Notes: generated from the sequence alone by a model not told the origin. Shown: positions 39,913-53,544, numbered from the stretch's first letter. The stretch: DNA of 64,000 nt from Phoronis australis (GCA_002633005.1 NMRA01000231.1:443543-507542); one strand, 5' to 3'. Program-made: numbers and translations.

Positions 39913-41443
39913 TCAGGTGTCACAAAAAGAGCCTTTTTGATAAATCATTTTTTAGGAAGTGAATAACCGAATTCGTTCAAATTTTACCCAATGTATCTTC
40001 AATTTGCCATCAACAAGTACATGTTGCATCTAAGAGAAACACAAAAAAGAAGTACTGTGAAAATGAATACAGCAGAGCGAAAATGTAATATCAATGTTCA
40101 TGCTTTGCAGGTATCTGCCAGTAAAAAACTGCTTGCCTGTGTGTCACGTTTTTTGATTTTTATTGCAAAATCTGAAACCAAATCAGTTGTATCCAATTTT
40201 ACGACTTGCGAAGATGCCTTTGAGTGAAAGTGATCACTTTACTTTTGAAACATGTTTCGTGGAGAAAGAATCGCAAGGGGTTAACAGGAAAAGGGTGGGG
40301 TCGTGCAATGTATTAATAAAACATGCAACACATGGTCTGTTGCGCTTTAAAAAAGCGTGGGAAACCCAGAACTATAAGTTTGAGGATCGCGTGAGTGATT
40401 CAATCCCTGGAGAACAACCCGGGGAATAACAACTCTCTGAGAGAACTCGCAAGCGATTTACAAGTGAGCAGGCCTTTTGTGGAAGAAATGGCGAAAACAC
40501 GTCTGGATCAAAAACCTTTCAAAAGAATGTTTGTATTACGGAAAGATAAAAATTTTAGAAGGAAAAGAAAAAATCGATGCCGATACTTGCAAGACCGCTA
40601 TTCAGCTACTGATGTAAGAAGAATCGTGTTCACTCGTCGGATGAAAAAAATTTACAATACTTATCATACTAAAATTCCCACAACGTATTTATGGGAAACA
40701 AAAACAAATTCTCACGTCTTTCACGAGACTTCCAGTTTTTTCAAAAAAAATGGTTTCCGTTGGAGTACGCTGGGAAGGAGATACAACTATTCATTTTAAT
40801 GACACTGATAAAGCCAAAGTTAACAGTGAACGCTACATGTACATGCAATTATTGTATGAAAATCTTTTCCCTGATTGCAGGCGACTTTATCCTGGAAACA
40901 ATTCCGTGTTTCCGCAAGACGGGGATCCATCACACACGAGCAAGATAACCCAAGATGATCTCAATGAGGCACACCAAACTTCGTCAAAAAGGACGAGTAG
41001 CCTCCTCTCAGTCCAACCTGCAATCAATGGACTATGCCACATATGGCTCTCTGACATTAAAAGTTTACAAGTGAATGGGATATAGCTTGACTGACCAGGA
41101 GTTAAAAGACAGGATAATTATATTATGGGAGGAAATCTCTATCGGAAAAATACGGAAAAGCATTTCTGATTGGAAGAAACGACTCCGTTTAATCACGGAG
41201 TAATGTGGAGGCCACATTGAGGATAGATTGAAATAAGAGAGCTTCCCTTTAATTGATATTTTAATTCTTGACCTGATATTATATTTAAACAGTGCTTGCA
41301 CAAATGGACACACATTTCTTGGGTAATTTGCAAAATTGTTGAAACTATCCTAAGGTTAATATGTACGAAATGTGAACTTATTCGGTATATATGTTGCTGA
41401 CAAATTACTTGTCAAAGAGTGGCTCACTTTTCGTGACACCCGA
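39913..41443 (+). mobile_element. Tc1/mariner transposon (DD37D/maT-like), decayed transposase
   Basis: TIRs tcaggtgtcacaaaaagagcc / ggctcacttttcgtgacacccga are flanked by TA (39911-12, 41444-45). Transposase remnants: SLRELASDL, RIVFT(DE), MVSVGV, KVNSERY, FPQDGDPSHTSK, SP..N.MDY, W..RL. Confidence 0.85.
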
Positions 41444-41966
41444 TATATTTCGTGGCGCGAGCAAAGCTGTTGCGATGTTAATTGAGTGGGTGGAGTACCA
41501 TCTGTACGTATTTTGTCGCAATTTATCTTTCAACAAGACTGGGATAATTCTAAAAACAATGGATATTCATTAGTTGTTTTGAGCGTTGAAACTTTGAGGA
41601 ATTTGGACGTTTTCCATAATACACCAAAAGTACTGCGTTAACTACACCATTACCAAGTCTTTGAAACTGAGGAATGCTACTTGGCTGTGCTTAATTAGTC
41701 TCAAAACCTTAAAAAAAGGGGTAAATATGAGGACAGACAGATTGACAGGCCTCATTAACAGCTCTGTTTACAAGAATAAGGGCAGATACTTGGAGATTTG
41801 GTCCCCACTTGGCCATGCAGTGAGAACATTTTGCAACTCAATCACGTTCTATTTATAAAAGGTCAGTAAATGAGTCGAAATGAAAGCATAGTATTTTCCT
41901 CCTTCTGGGTTCAGGAGACGACATATTTTATAATAATACACAGCTACTTGAAATTCAGTCACTCAC

Positions 41967-42335
41967 CTATGTTTGACAAGGCTCCAATTTCAGTATGGAG
42001 AAGGGTAGAGGTCATGCTCATTTCCTTAGAGGTCGCCTGCTCGCCAAGGTCCGAAAATTTTTCATCAAGTTTCTCTGCAAGTGCTTCAAGTTTTTTACCC
42101 TCCTCTCCACCGATCACTTGAGAAAGCTGCGACAGCTTTTGGCAGTTCTCTGTCATCTCACGTTTGATCGAAGCCACTTGTTTAGAGTGGTTTCCAGGTG
42201 ACTTGGCCAACTCCTGGAGCTTTTTCTCTGACTCCCGGAAACTTGAAAGAGTTACAACGATTTCATCAGTTGGATTGCCATACTTTCCTTTCTTGGACAC
42301 ATCCTTGCCCAAGGTTTTCTTCTCCACCTTTTTAC
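41967..42335 (-). CDS. Internal exon (369 nt, phase 1-1), helical repeat 4
   Basis: Acceptor caacttag|GT and donor ATAG|gtgagt. Encodes KKLQELAKSPGNHSKQVASIKREMTENCQKLSQLSQVIGGEEGKKL. Confidence 0.85.
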
Positions 42336-43524
42336 CTAAGTTGATACAGATACCGTTAAAAATGTTTTGATAGCGATGGTGAAGATGAAGAGCAAGTGGG
42401 AAGACGCTATTTGAACATTTTTACATTAGTTTTCAAGTAAAACAACGACATTTCTTCAAGTCTGAATTTGGCAAAATATCGGGGAAAAAAAACTAAAGTT
42501 TTTTCCTGCCAATTCACACTTCATTTCTTTTACCAATTTCTACTACGTCTGCTGACTTTCCTAGCTGTTTTACCTAACCTGGTCATTCGCTCAGATATAC
42601 AGTGTAGGGCTCGCAAAAATGGTACTATACGACGTTGAAGTGACTTTGCTTAAAACACAGTTTCTGTCACGAGCTACTGCGAAAAAATTACTTCCCTATA
42701 AACTTGAAATCGTCTTCACTCCACTCCCATAATGAGTTCAATGGCTCACTACTGACGAGAAATATCCTCACACAGTAGTCGATAAGCTCACCGACAGTGT
42801 TTGTCACTTTTGACTAGTTTAGATTTCTAGTAATGAGCTGTGTAAGTGGAATCAAATTTTATGGAGCGGTGAACGCCTGGAGAGCATTGTTTTGCCTCAA
42901 ATATTTTACTACAGGCTTTATATCCTGTAATGATTAAAACGCGGGTTCACTATCATTTTAATTAGCTTTCGACTATCCACACGAGATGTGAACACAATGT
43001 GTCATTCCGATACACCTCAGTGGTGCCAGTCAACCGTAATGCCCAATTGGTTAGATGACGAGAGCTTATCATACAGGATTGTAAGTAATACAGAGTCGCA
43101 AAGTAACACGTTAAAAAGACATACAGAGATGTGTGTTGGGACTGGGTAAAAAGAAAATGTAGATACAGGTAAAACATCAACTCCAATAGATCCATTGAAT
43201 TTTAATAATTGCTATATTTTAACACCGATACGATCTCCAAAAGAGGTAGAAGCAACCGTAAACAACTAAAATTGGCACTTTGGACCGCAGCAGTGGTCAG
43301 ATTAGTCAGATAAAAAATAAAAATGCATTCCGAGCACACTGAGCGTAAATGTGCAAGGTTATCATACACATACTTATAAAAAAGCTTACAAAAATACGAA
43401 GAATGTTCACGAAATGTCCGATGGAAAGCATAGATGCCACTATAGGATCTACATGTACCTGCCTGATACAGTGAAGCTGCACTTTTCCCAAGTATGCAAA
43501 GCACCATAAAACTCAGTTACCCAC

Positions 43525-43881
43525 CTACTTCTGCCAAGTTGTCAATTTCTTCGTGTATCAATGTCGAAAGCTTTGCAATCTCCTGAGTGCTGGCATTTTC
43601 GTCAAACTTAAGCAATTTACTTTGCAATTTTGATGACAGCTCTTTAAGTTTCTTGCCCTCTTCACCGCCGATGGCTCTAGAAGTATCCTGCAATTCTTGG
43701 CATTTTGCTTGCATCTCTTCACCGATCTTGGCTATTTCTTTAGAATGGTCTCCGGGAATTTTAGCCAACTCTTGCAACTTTTTCTCATATTTCTGCAAAG
43801 CTTTCAGTGGAGCCGCTATAGCGTCAGATGACTCTTCTACTCTCCCCTTCTTGTGCGCGCTTGTAGGGGAACATTTTATAC
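43525..43881 (-). CDS. Internal exon (357 nt, phase 1-1), helical repeat 3
   Basis: Acceptor tttcaaacag|GT and donor GTAG|gtgggt. Encodes KKLQELAKIPGDHSKEIAKIGEEMQAKCQELQDTSRAIGGEEGKKL, a clear paralogue of the 41967-42335 exon. Confidence 0.85.
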
Positions 43882-44167
43882 CTGTTTGAAAGACAATGCG
43901 TTAGTACAATGAAAATTACATGTGTGGTGTGAATATGAGAACATTCCGCTTCACAGCACACACAATTGTTTATTAATGGGTGTGCTCGTTTAGCTGCGGG
44001 TGTCTTCGCTCAGGTCACATATTACGGAGCCTCAGCTGTACAATCAGCAACTGCGATTGATATTGAAGCACGCCATTTTCATTTTCACTCAATGCGTGAG
44101 TCTAACAGCATTAATGTACATATTTTGCGTTATTGGCATAAACTCTTATCTAGTAATTGTATATTTA

Positions 44168-44344
44168 TAGTTCCGAGAATTTGTATACACAGAAAGAGTC
44201 TTGTATTCTGCGTAGCGCCGATAAACAGTTTTCCTTCATTCGAGGTATCCATTGTNTAGTTCCGAGTATTTGTATACACAGAAAGAGTCTTGTATTCTGC
44301 GTAGCGCCGATAAACAGTTTTCCTTCATTCGAAGTATCCATTGT
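44168..44344 (+). other. 88-bp duplication around a single N (probable scaffold-join artefact)
   Basis: 44168-44255 and 44257-44344 differ at 2 positions and flank the n at 44256. Confidence 0.8.
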
Positions 44345-45229
44345 TAGAGCAAAGTAAATCGTCCCTTATTTACATTCCCGCAAAGGAAATAAACACAACA
44401 GACGCCGCTTCGTGTGTCTTCAGAAATATGGAGATGACTTCGTCTCATTAATAAAAATTAGTTGCAGAATGTCACGGAAGTTAAGCAAACGACTGGACAT
44501 TTATCAGGGCAAACTTAAAAATAAAATTAAAATTAGAAAGATCTGCAGTTGCAGTAATCGATCGAAATGCGTTGATCGTCCCAATGCAATCGTTTTAATT
44601 GATTTAAACATGCGTGGACACAAACTAAAAATACCACGGGTGCAGCACTATTCCAGTTTGTTGATTGAATTCTTCAGAAAAGATTGACATGTCAACTTTA
44701 ATTTAAAAACTGAAAGCCCAAAGTTTATATACATTTAAATTGCAGGAGAAGCATGACCCTCTCCTGCAATTGCACTTCTTTGGAGCCCGAGTCCGTTACA
44801 CGAAGTCATGAACTAGATTGTCTGACCATGATGATGTTATTCGTGTATAATTTCACTTTAATTACCAAAAACGTTGTCATTGAATTTTAATTGAAGTTTC
44901 TTGTTTAATGGTGGAGAAATTTGCTGCATCATTTCAGTGCACGCGGCTATTATCAGTCATCAATTTCAAATTGATCACATAGCGTAACAATCTGTAAGGC
45001 TGAAGAAAGGCAACCTGGAAGAGGTGGAGCATTATGAGCGTTTAGAAACTCATCATCTGTCGGACATGTGCTTGTTAAGCGTTTGATGAACGAGGTCCAT
45101 TTACTGAAAAAACAGGCTAAGATGTAAGAGTGGTCATTTCACTTTCTGGACGTGAAAACATGCTTACTACTGTAGGTAGCCTGAATCACTGGTCAAATAT
45201 AACGCCCTGAATTGTAGAGAATCACATAA

Positions 45230-45600
45230 ATCAACTGGAAAAACTGCCCATTAAAATACATGAACCAACGTATTTGGAACCCCCCGTTCCTGGCCCAAAA
45301 TACCTCCAACAGAAAGTCGGCAGTAGGCCAAAAAGTCCTATGCTCCAGTTACCACAAAATTCCATTGCCACATGAATATTGTCAGATCTCCTGCCGGTAC
45401 CAAGGCACCATAATTTGATGGTCTGTCGGACAATCCGTACTGAGATGGTGAACCCAGTCTCCCCAAAATGAAGCTGGACAGCTGTGGTAGTCACACATGT
45501 ATTCTCATATGCCATCATCTGTAATAACTACGCTACTCGGTTGTTTTTCAATGCAAGAAGTGGATGACAACAAAATTTATAGATCTACCATAGACCCAGA
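45230..45600 (-). pseudogene. Possible Harbinger (HARBI1-like) nuclease C-terminal remnant
   Basis: Fragments HFGETGF / IMVPW / EHRTFGLL resemble LLGDxGY..MxPY..IERTFGxL; very degenerate. Confidence 0.3.
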
Positions 45601-46559
45601 GTGAATTAGCGGTTACGAATAAAGTTGCAACATGTTTCATCAAACTCTTTACTCAAGGAAACAAATACCACATACAGCTGACTGAGCAGGAAATCATAGC
45701 GGTACCTAAGATTAGGTTGTAACTCAGAAGTAAGAATAACACGCTCTGCCTGTAGAAGTACACCAGTACCTGATGTAACTGCTGTACCTAGTATTCAGTA
45801 TATACCAAAGGTAGATTTTCGTGGTACTACTAAATAAAGTTGTTAAAAGACTTATAACTCTATAAATTTATACAGTATTTGAACTACATTTAATGCATAA
45901 TTTTAACTTTCTTATACTTTTAATTGTTAGTTCATTGTACTTTTATGTTATGTACATAAAATAAAATCCAGATGTCTTTTCAGAATCACCTACATGGTTG
46001 TATAAAACTTCAAAATTATCCGCTGGATATATTTGATCACTGCATAACGTCAGGTACATTGTTCAACAATAACAACGCAATGCGTGATAATGCCACGTTG
46101 GTGTTGCTATGCGGCGTATAGCGTTCATGCAACTGTGCACTGGACGCATCAGAAAAAAGTATCCTGATCCTACCGTGATTTGAACAGGGGATCCTCTTCA
46201 TTTTGTACCAGCTCAATAGGCACAAGTCTCAAAATTAGTTGATGTACAGGCCACAGCCAACAATACGATTTTGGCCTAATACCTTGTATTTGTTTAAATT
46301 GTTGATTCGCCTGCTTCTTGTAATGTTACTCATGAAAAATATCAGGTTTTCATCGAGAACTTGTCAGGTCGAAACTACTGAGATGACTCCGGAAACATCA
46401 CGTGCGGTAAATAAAGGATTTGGGATGCAACACTCAATGAAGAAAAGGCGCAACTCTTGTATGATTATCAGGATTTTAGAAATAATGTATAAGCGTTTAT
46501 ATGTATATAAATATCGCAACTCTTGTATGGTTATCAGGATTTTAGAAATAAGAGATAAG

Positions 46560-46622
<63 letters not shown>
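46560..46622. repeat. (TA)n(TG)n microsatellite
   Basis: tatatata...tgtgtgtg run, which explains the HT- and CV-repeat ORFs. Confidence 0.95.
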
Positions 46623-46969
46623 TTCACTTGTGATAAAAGATATGTGACCTGTTTCTCGCTACATGAGCGCTTGAAATTTTCCTGAAGATCTCTCAGTTAA
46701 TTTTCTGTACTTAAGATTTAAATTAGCCCTTAGTTCACCCATGATGAGTGCTGACGAAGCAATAAATAGGTATGCAAGCAAAGATAGGGCTTCCTTAAAC
46801 GACAAAGCAAAAAACTGACTCAAACAATCCTTGACTTTCATAAGGTGAACCTGCCCCTTTGTGAGACGTACTCAAATGATGGCATTGCTAGGCTCGAAAA
46901 AGCGCTGACTTCGCCTCAAGTTATAAAAACACTCCGTGAACAACTGTTCCATGCCTGCTCTGGATGACA

Positions 46970-47260
46970 TAAGAGTCGATCATCGACCAGAAAACAAATA
47001 CATACACCAGCTGAATGACCAAATCGACAAATTATCAGTGAATCGTGACAATTTAGAGCAATTCTCGTGACGCAACAACATAGTTATCTATGGAATCGAA
47101 GAACCTGTTAATTAAAAACGTCGGGCTACTAATAATAGTGTGATTGACTTGGGGCGCAAACTGGGTCTCGAAGTTAACCCCCAGCAAATCAGTAGATGCC
47201 ATAGACTCGGGCCTAAACTACGCAAACAATGAGCCGGTGATTCGCGAAAACATCTTCTAC
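46970..47260 (+). pseudogene. LINE ORF1 fragment (CR1/L2/L1-type)
   Basis: DNLEQFS*RNNIVIYGIEE...DLGRKLGLEVNPQQISRCHRLGPK matches the LEQYSRRNN.I.GI.E / I.R.HRLG pattern. Confidence 0.75.
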
Positions 47261-48889
47261 GCAAACTGAACTTACAAAACCCGATTTTCATTAATTCAAT
47301 CACGAAACCACGGTATCTTCTCTACGCCCGCTGTCACAGCCTCATACAGATTCTCTATATATATTTTTCTCTGTGAAATAACACCAGCCCCACTTACTCC
47401 AGACCGCATTTATTTTTTTAAAACGCTCCCTTTTGGTTTCCATGGATACTTTTTGTTTCCAGCAAGTTTTGAGCCTGGCGGCCATTGAGTTTTAGTAAAA
47501 CTTCGACATTAACGTTAAGCAGTGGAAATAAAGTTGAAATAGTGAACCTGTTTAAGTGATCAGGTGATTATTTTATTGATGCAAAGATTTCGATGATAAT
47601 GATTTGTTTTTTTAGAGCCGCATGAGATGAATAGATTTAGTCATTTTTGAAACTGTCAAGATTGGCTAAATTCGTATCCATATATCTCAGCTGGCACTAG
47701 TTTCATAACATCCAATTTATTTAGATACCTTAAATCTACAAAAAATACAAAAAATCGTCTGGCGCTAATGGATTTCATGTCAGTTGAAGTCGACTGGTGG
47801 TTACGCATTTTCACCACATTGCGTAATGCCGACAAACGTCAACAAAAAGTGAACATTCGCTATTGGTTAACTGCGAATCAATTTACAATTATAATTTATA
47901 AAAAGGCATTTCTAGGTCCCAAGGAAACTTTCCTTTATTTCTGAAATTTATTCGTAGTAATGGAGTTAGGATACACGTACTTACTAGACAAACAACAGTA
48001 GATTTGACTATGCTCCTATTGCGCGGGACGACATTCAAATATCAATGGTTTTGTAGAGCTCAGTTATTCTTCTTCGCACGGCTATAATAACAAAAACCGC
48101 CTAAAAAACATTTTCATAACATTTTCTTCCAAAATTGTGGTTGCCCCCTCCCCCGTCCCCTAATGCTGCTTTCGAAATCTTAAAGTGTTGTATGAACAAT
48201 ATCATTAATTTTTGGTTTTGTTGGTTGTTAACAAAGATACTTACTGCGAGTTGGCTTTGGAATGTGTCTGAACAAACGTTTTTTTTTTGTGGAATCTTCA
48301 AATGGTTTTGAAGCAGGGGGTTGGAAGCGGAGGACAGTTTAAGGGTGACAGATTCAGTGGCAATTGCAAGGAATTTCAAAATCACTTTTGACCAGGTCTC
48401 CGTGGACGTTATACACTGCATGGCCGCCAATGTCCCAATAGCTTCACCTGTTGGAGTGGTGCGGCTGGCTGGCGTTGTCATCTTGCTATCTGTACGCAGT
48501 TTGTTGTGACTGACACAGTCAGGTAAAAAATGGGAGATTCTCAAGTAGAAGTGGGGGGAGTGACCGAGTGGAACAGGCTACCATTGAGAAGATACTTCAT
48601 CTGTGTAGTGTGGTGCACACAGGAATATATTTGATTAAGTGTGTGTGACTACACGTGAGAAGTTTATCAGGTGAAATTACGTACACGTCATCCAAAGGAC
48701 AATGGTATCCTTTTCCAAGTTATCGGCTGTTACTTGACTATGTGAATGCTTCCCGTTGGAAGCATGATTAGATTTTCATTCACTACAGAGGTCATGGGAA
48801 AAAGTGAGGATGGTAAATGCTGCTTTGAGTACCAAGTCCATCAGTACCCGACAAGTATTGTATTGTAGCTCATATTTGTTCATGACTTC

Positions 48890-49167
48890 TGAGCAAACTC
48901 ACAATATACAGCGATAAAAATTTGAAACAGCTACAGCTTGGATAGCAGATAAGACAGTTGATTATTTTGGTCTATAGATTGAAGTAATCTTTAAAGATGG
49001 CGTTAGTGTAGTTGCTCTTCTTTGTACTTGGTTACTTAATTAACAACTTGTCAAATGGTGGTTATCATATTATAAATTAATAACTGGATTTAATTATTCT
49101 CACTCCTTCTGCGCAAAATCTCAAAGCATAGCTACCTTTTAAACAAACCCGCAGTCAATTTCTGACA
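48890..49167 (+). repeat. Truncated 3' copy of the TGTCAGA..TCTGACA element family
   Basis: Matches 52390-52525 and 53440-53544 (tacagctt.gata.cagataagaca; gattgaagtaatctttaaaga; cagtcaatttctgaca). Confidence 0.7.
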
Positions 49168-49315
49168 ACATGCAGAATGTCAAGCAGGCCAGCATAATCT
49201 CACGACCGATGCCATTGTAATGTGTTTATCCAATGAGTGGACAGAAGTATCTGTGATCGTGAAATATTAAATGGAATTGCGTATTGTACAAGAAAGGTAT
49301 GAAAATGAGACTTAC

Positions 49316-50014
49316 CCACAATCGCGAGTCCTTTACTCAACTGAGCCAGTTTTTGAGCAAATGATATCATATCATCTTCATCCAGCTCTTCGTCATCCAC
49401 CAACTCTTCCAGGCCACCAATATAAGTGTCTAGTTTCTCTCCGAGTTTCCCCAGCTGCTTGCTTTCCGCGCTACCTTCGTCTTCTGAGTACAAATCAATG
49501 TTCTTTTGAATTTCTTTCAGTCTATATACCATTTTTCCTACATTACCTATATTTTCATCCGGTTTTTCTGACATTACCTTTAAAAGTCGTCCCAGCTCTG
49601 CAAGGCCCTTGGCACTGGTGTTCGCATCTTCACCTTTCGACACCGGGTGAGATAACAACTTCTCTTCTACGACTTTTCTTGTTTGTGCCAACTCAGCTAC
49701 TCGTTTACCGTGATCATCCAATGTATTCGAAAGTTGCACTAGCTTTTCACCTTCGGAACCACTGCATTGCTTACCCAGTTGTTGCAAGTCGAGATTTAGT
49801 CGCTGAATCTTTTTTCCTATGTTTTCCTTCTCTTCTAGATTTCCAGGCTTCATAGCAATAACCCTCAATTCACCCTCTAGCTCACCCAGTTGTTCTGCTA
49901 ACGATTCGACTGCATCTGCGTGGTCACCGCCTTCAGATGCCACATTCTGTAACACTTTACGCATTTCCATAAGTTTTTTTGTTATTGTCAGAGTTTCTTC
50001 AGCCTGTTCGTTAT
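49316..50014 (-). CDS. Internal exon (699 nt, phase 1-1), helical repeats 1-2
   Basis: Acceptor ttttgtttttag|AT and donor GTGG|gtaagt. 233 open codons include GGDHADAVESLAEQL, CSGSEGEKL and GSAESKQL. Confidence 0.85.
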
Positions 50015-50059
50015 CTAAAAACAAAATCATCGTCGTGTATTTATATTCGACCGCGACTG

Positions 50060-50511
50060 TGTCATATTTGAGCAGACAGAACAGGAGCAGTTCCAAAATA
50101 AATACTTAGTCATTGTTTGGGACAATCAGTTAAGCAGTTCAGCAGTGGGAATAAAGAAGTTAACAGTTAAACAGTTGAGAGTATTACAGTTGAGTTTGAA
50201 GTGAAGACAACCAGCAGTCACAGCGACAGGAGCCACCTACAGTATAGAGACAACAGGTTATTTGAATCAGCGAGTGTTGTAATTGCTGGAAGTGTCTCAG
50301 AAGTTCATCAAAAGTCCAGGCTTCGCAGCACCGGCTTGAGCATAAAACAAACATTAGGTAGGACGTGTTGTTTGAGTAGGCTTGTGAATGTACGGTCGAG
50401 ATTATTAAAATGATTAGCTCGAACCAGTCTTCAGTCTATTGTCGCACCGAAACCTACTTGAACCAGTTGGCAACCACCTGCTCCCACCCACACACCGGGG
50501 AAAACGTGACA
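50060..50511 (+). mobile_element. Candidate solo LTR
   Basis: Inverted termini TGTCATATTT ... AAAACGTGACA, 452 bp, internal AATAAA/ATTAAA. No TSD is visible. Confidence 0.35.
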
Positions 50512-51794
50512 AATATCCGTCCAACGGATTACCACGTATAAAAACGCGGTGGCTATCAAAACGAGCATGTGGCGAAGTTGAGTTGTGTTTGTTAAGGAAC
50601 ACGAAATCCAGCACAGGGGATTCATTTTAAATAAGAGACTCACTCAAAGAAACGATGCAACCTACAATCAATTCTTGGAACCCTAAGCTAACAAACGCTC
50701 CATTCTCAAGAAGTGCTCTCGGCACTGATGAATAGAGGGAACTATCTACATTGGCATGACTCCTTCAAACTCCACACTAAGAATACAGGGAAGCACCATG
50801 TTATTGCATGTATATGAAATATAGTTTACATGGATGTTAATTTTCATATGAATGTGCATTTTCGACTATTTTAGATATGCACTGTATTTAGACAATGCAA
50901 ACGTCGTGAGAATTTATGAAACATAAATCAAACCACTAACATCATGAAACTGAACAAGACACATTCCTCATGTACACTGTACATATATATGCGCACGAAT
51001 GGGTGCAAACTGTATTAATAAGACAATGGCTGTAAATTTTTGGCGCAGATAAGTCCCTTAAGAAACACTACAAGCACATGACACTAACAACGAGAATAAT
51101 TATGATGGTAGGGTTACACCTAACTTCGAGTACAAAAAGAGACCGACAGATGACTCCACTACCACTAACCAGAAAGGGCTCAATGAAGAAAGAACGTTTT
51201 GCATTCCAAAAAAGTGTTTTCCTCAACTGGTGAATATGTATGCCCTGAAAAAGCTGTGCTTTACAAGTTTTAACTACTTCTTGAATAATAAGTCCATGTT
51301 TCAAGTACAGTTTGACGCCTGATGCTGCAAATCTCCACCCCCGTGCAACAATGTCCTCGCCAGTGCCGTCCACACATGAATGAAGCATGAAGTGATTGAC
51401 AAGCAACGACAGAGGGCGAACCCAGCGCTTAATCACGTCCGTGAGATATGGACGAAATGGCAATACACCAAATCAAGGTACGTTTTTTTTGGTTAAAATA
51501 GGGTACGCATTACTTCCAATAAATACATTGGCAATTGACTTAGGAACAAGGTTCTTCGTGGTTTAAATTCCCGTACACTGTATGTTGGATAAAAAGGGAT
51601 AAAGTTTCAAAATCAAATGAATTGCATTGCTAATTAATTTCTAAAGATAAATTGACTTTGTACTTCATTGAATATTCTTACTTTCCTGTAGCAGTGCGCA
51701 ATACAATTTCGTTCTCCAAAACTGAATTGTTTGTGTGCCATTCTAGTGCATATGGAGACGTAGTGCGTGACCCTCCCACTTCCAAAACAAGGTG

Positions 51795-53544
51795 TGTCAG
51801 AATAAGTATTTATTAAAATAATTAGTAATAATAGATCCAATTGAATTTGCCCAGATTTTGTGCATGTGCACTTTTAAATCACGGGGTCATTTCTATTTTT
51901 ATATGTACTTTGGGTGTGCGTTCAAAGCACTCTGGAGATTCTAGAAACTTCTGAGAGTAAATCGTAACAGCCGATGGTACATGTATGATTAGATAAGATT
52001 ATTTGGTTTTTATCAGTCAATCGTTAAGTAAATAGAATATTATAATATGGGCTGAAATTAACAGGATATTCAGATGAGCTACAGTAGTTGAAGCTAAAAG
52101 ATTTGATACAGTGTATAACGAAAATTCTACAACAGAGCCATCTCGTGTTAGATTCTAAAGAGGATCCTGGCAAGGGCAAGAGATACTTGCATTGTGGCTA
52201 TTAAGATACTGCCAGTACGTGTTGCGGCACCAGGGGCTGTGATCAGCGAGAGGAATTGTACATGTAGGTAGAAGATACTGCCTGGAAGTGTTGTGTCACC
52301 AGAGACTGTGACCTGCAAGCACACTGTCACAATACAATGTGTAGTTTGAGGATTCACCAACAGGACTGCCTTCCAGCAAGTGGAGAGTCATACAGCTTAG
52401 ATAACAGATAAGACATTTAATTATTTTGGTTGATTGATTGAAGTAATCTTTAAAGAAACGATGGGGTAGTTGCTATTCTGTGTACTTGTACATGTAGATG
52501 ATTACTAATTAAAAACAGGTTTCGCTTGTTGTCAGATGATTGACTGTGGGTTTATTTAAAAGGTAGATATGGTTTGAGATTGTGCGTAGACGGGGAGTGA
52601 ATAATCAAATCCAGTAATTAATTTATTATATGATAACCCCTAATTAGTCAAATGAAACCTATCGTTAATTAAGTAATCAACTACAAAGAGTAACTACGCT
52701 AGCGCCCTTTTTAAAGATTACTTTAATCAAACAACCAAAACAATCAAATGTGTTATCTGCTATCCAAGCTAGGACTCTCCACTTGTTGGATGTCTGTCCT
52801 GTTGGTGAATCTTCGAACTACACACAATGTATAGCGACAGTGTACTTGCTGGTCACCGTCTCTGGTGATGCAACACTTGCAGGCAATTTCTTCTACCCGC
52901 GATTGTTCTTGCTAGTCACAGTCTCTGGCTGATGACGCAACACTTCAGGTAGTATCTTACTACCCACAATGCAAGTGACAAGCTCTTAGTTAACTTCCAG
53001 TTCGTTAACCCTCGCCCTTCCCAAGATCCTTTCTAGAATCTTCCACGAGATGGTTCTGTCGTATAATTTCCTCTGTACACTGTAGCAAGTCTTCGTGCTT
53101 CAACTACTATAGCGCATCTAATTATCTTGTTGATTTCAGCCCATAATATAACACTCTACTTATTTAGTGATTGGCTAATAAAAACCACATGATCATATCC
53201 ACTCGTATTATTGGCTGTTACAATTTGTTCTCGGAATATTCTAGAATCTAGTACTTTGACCCCGGAACCCAAAGTCGTAAACACCATCTAAAAATAGATT
53301 TTGACGTTAAAATACATGTCAACAAGTCTGACCCCATGATTTAAAAGTACATATGCGCAAATTTTGGGCAACTTAAAATGGACCTATTCTTGCTATTTAC
53401 TTAATCAATATTTATTCTGACACTTGTCTAATTAGTGGACTTCATGTAATGAATTAATTACTTGATTTAATTGTTCCTTCACCATCTGCACTAAATCTCA
53501 AAGCATAACTACTTTTTAAAAAAACCCACAGTCAATTTCTGACA
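51795..53544 (+). mobile_element. TG..CA element (solo-LTR-like), outer copy
   Basis: Termini TGTCAGAA / TTCTGACA with flanking 5-mers aggtg / agatg. It is interrupted by an inverted copy of its own family. Confidence 0.7.
52530..53422 (-). mobile_element. Inverted nested copy of the same TG..CA element
   Basis: 893 bp with TGTCAGA..TCTGACA termini and a perfect 5-bp TSD CTTGT (52525-29, 53423-27). It is the reverse-complement homologue of the outer copy. Confidence 0.8.

Noticed and set aside
44168-44344. 88-bp direct repeat giving duplicated ORF text (ICIHRKSLVFCVAPINSFPSFEVSI)
   Set aside because: It is centred on a single N with 2 mismatches, typical of overlapping contig ends or two haplotypes at a scaffold join, not biology.
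46239-46685. ORFs with HTHTHT and CVCVCV repeats
   Set aside because: These are translations of a (TA)n(TG)n microsatellite plus a ~37-bp local duplication.
49271-50109. Plus-strand ORFs of 194 and 96 aa (likewise 43587-43889, 41870-42370 and 10127-10675 on the minus strand)
   Set aside because: Antisense shadows of real coding exons or of the LINE RT.
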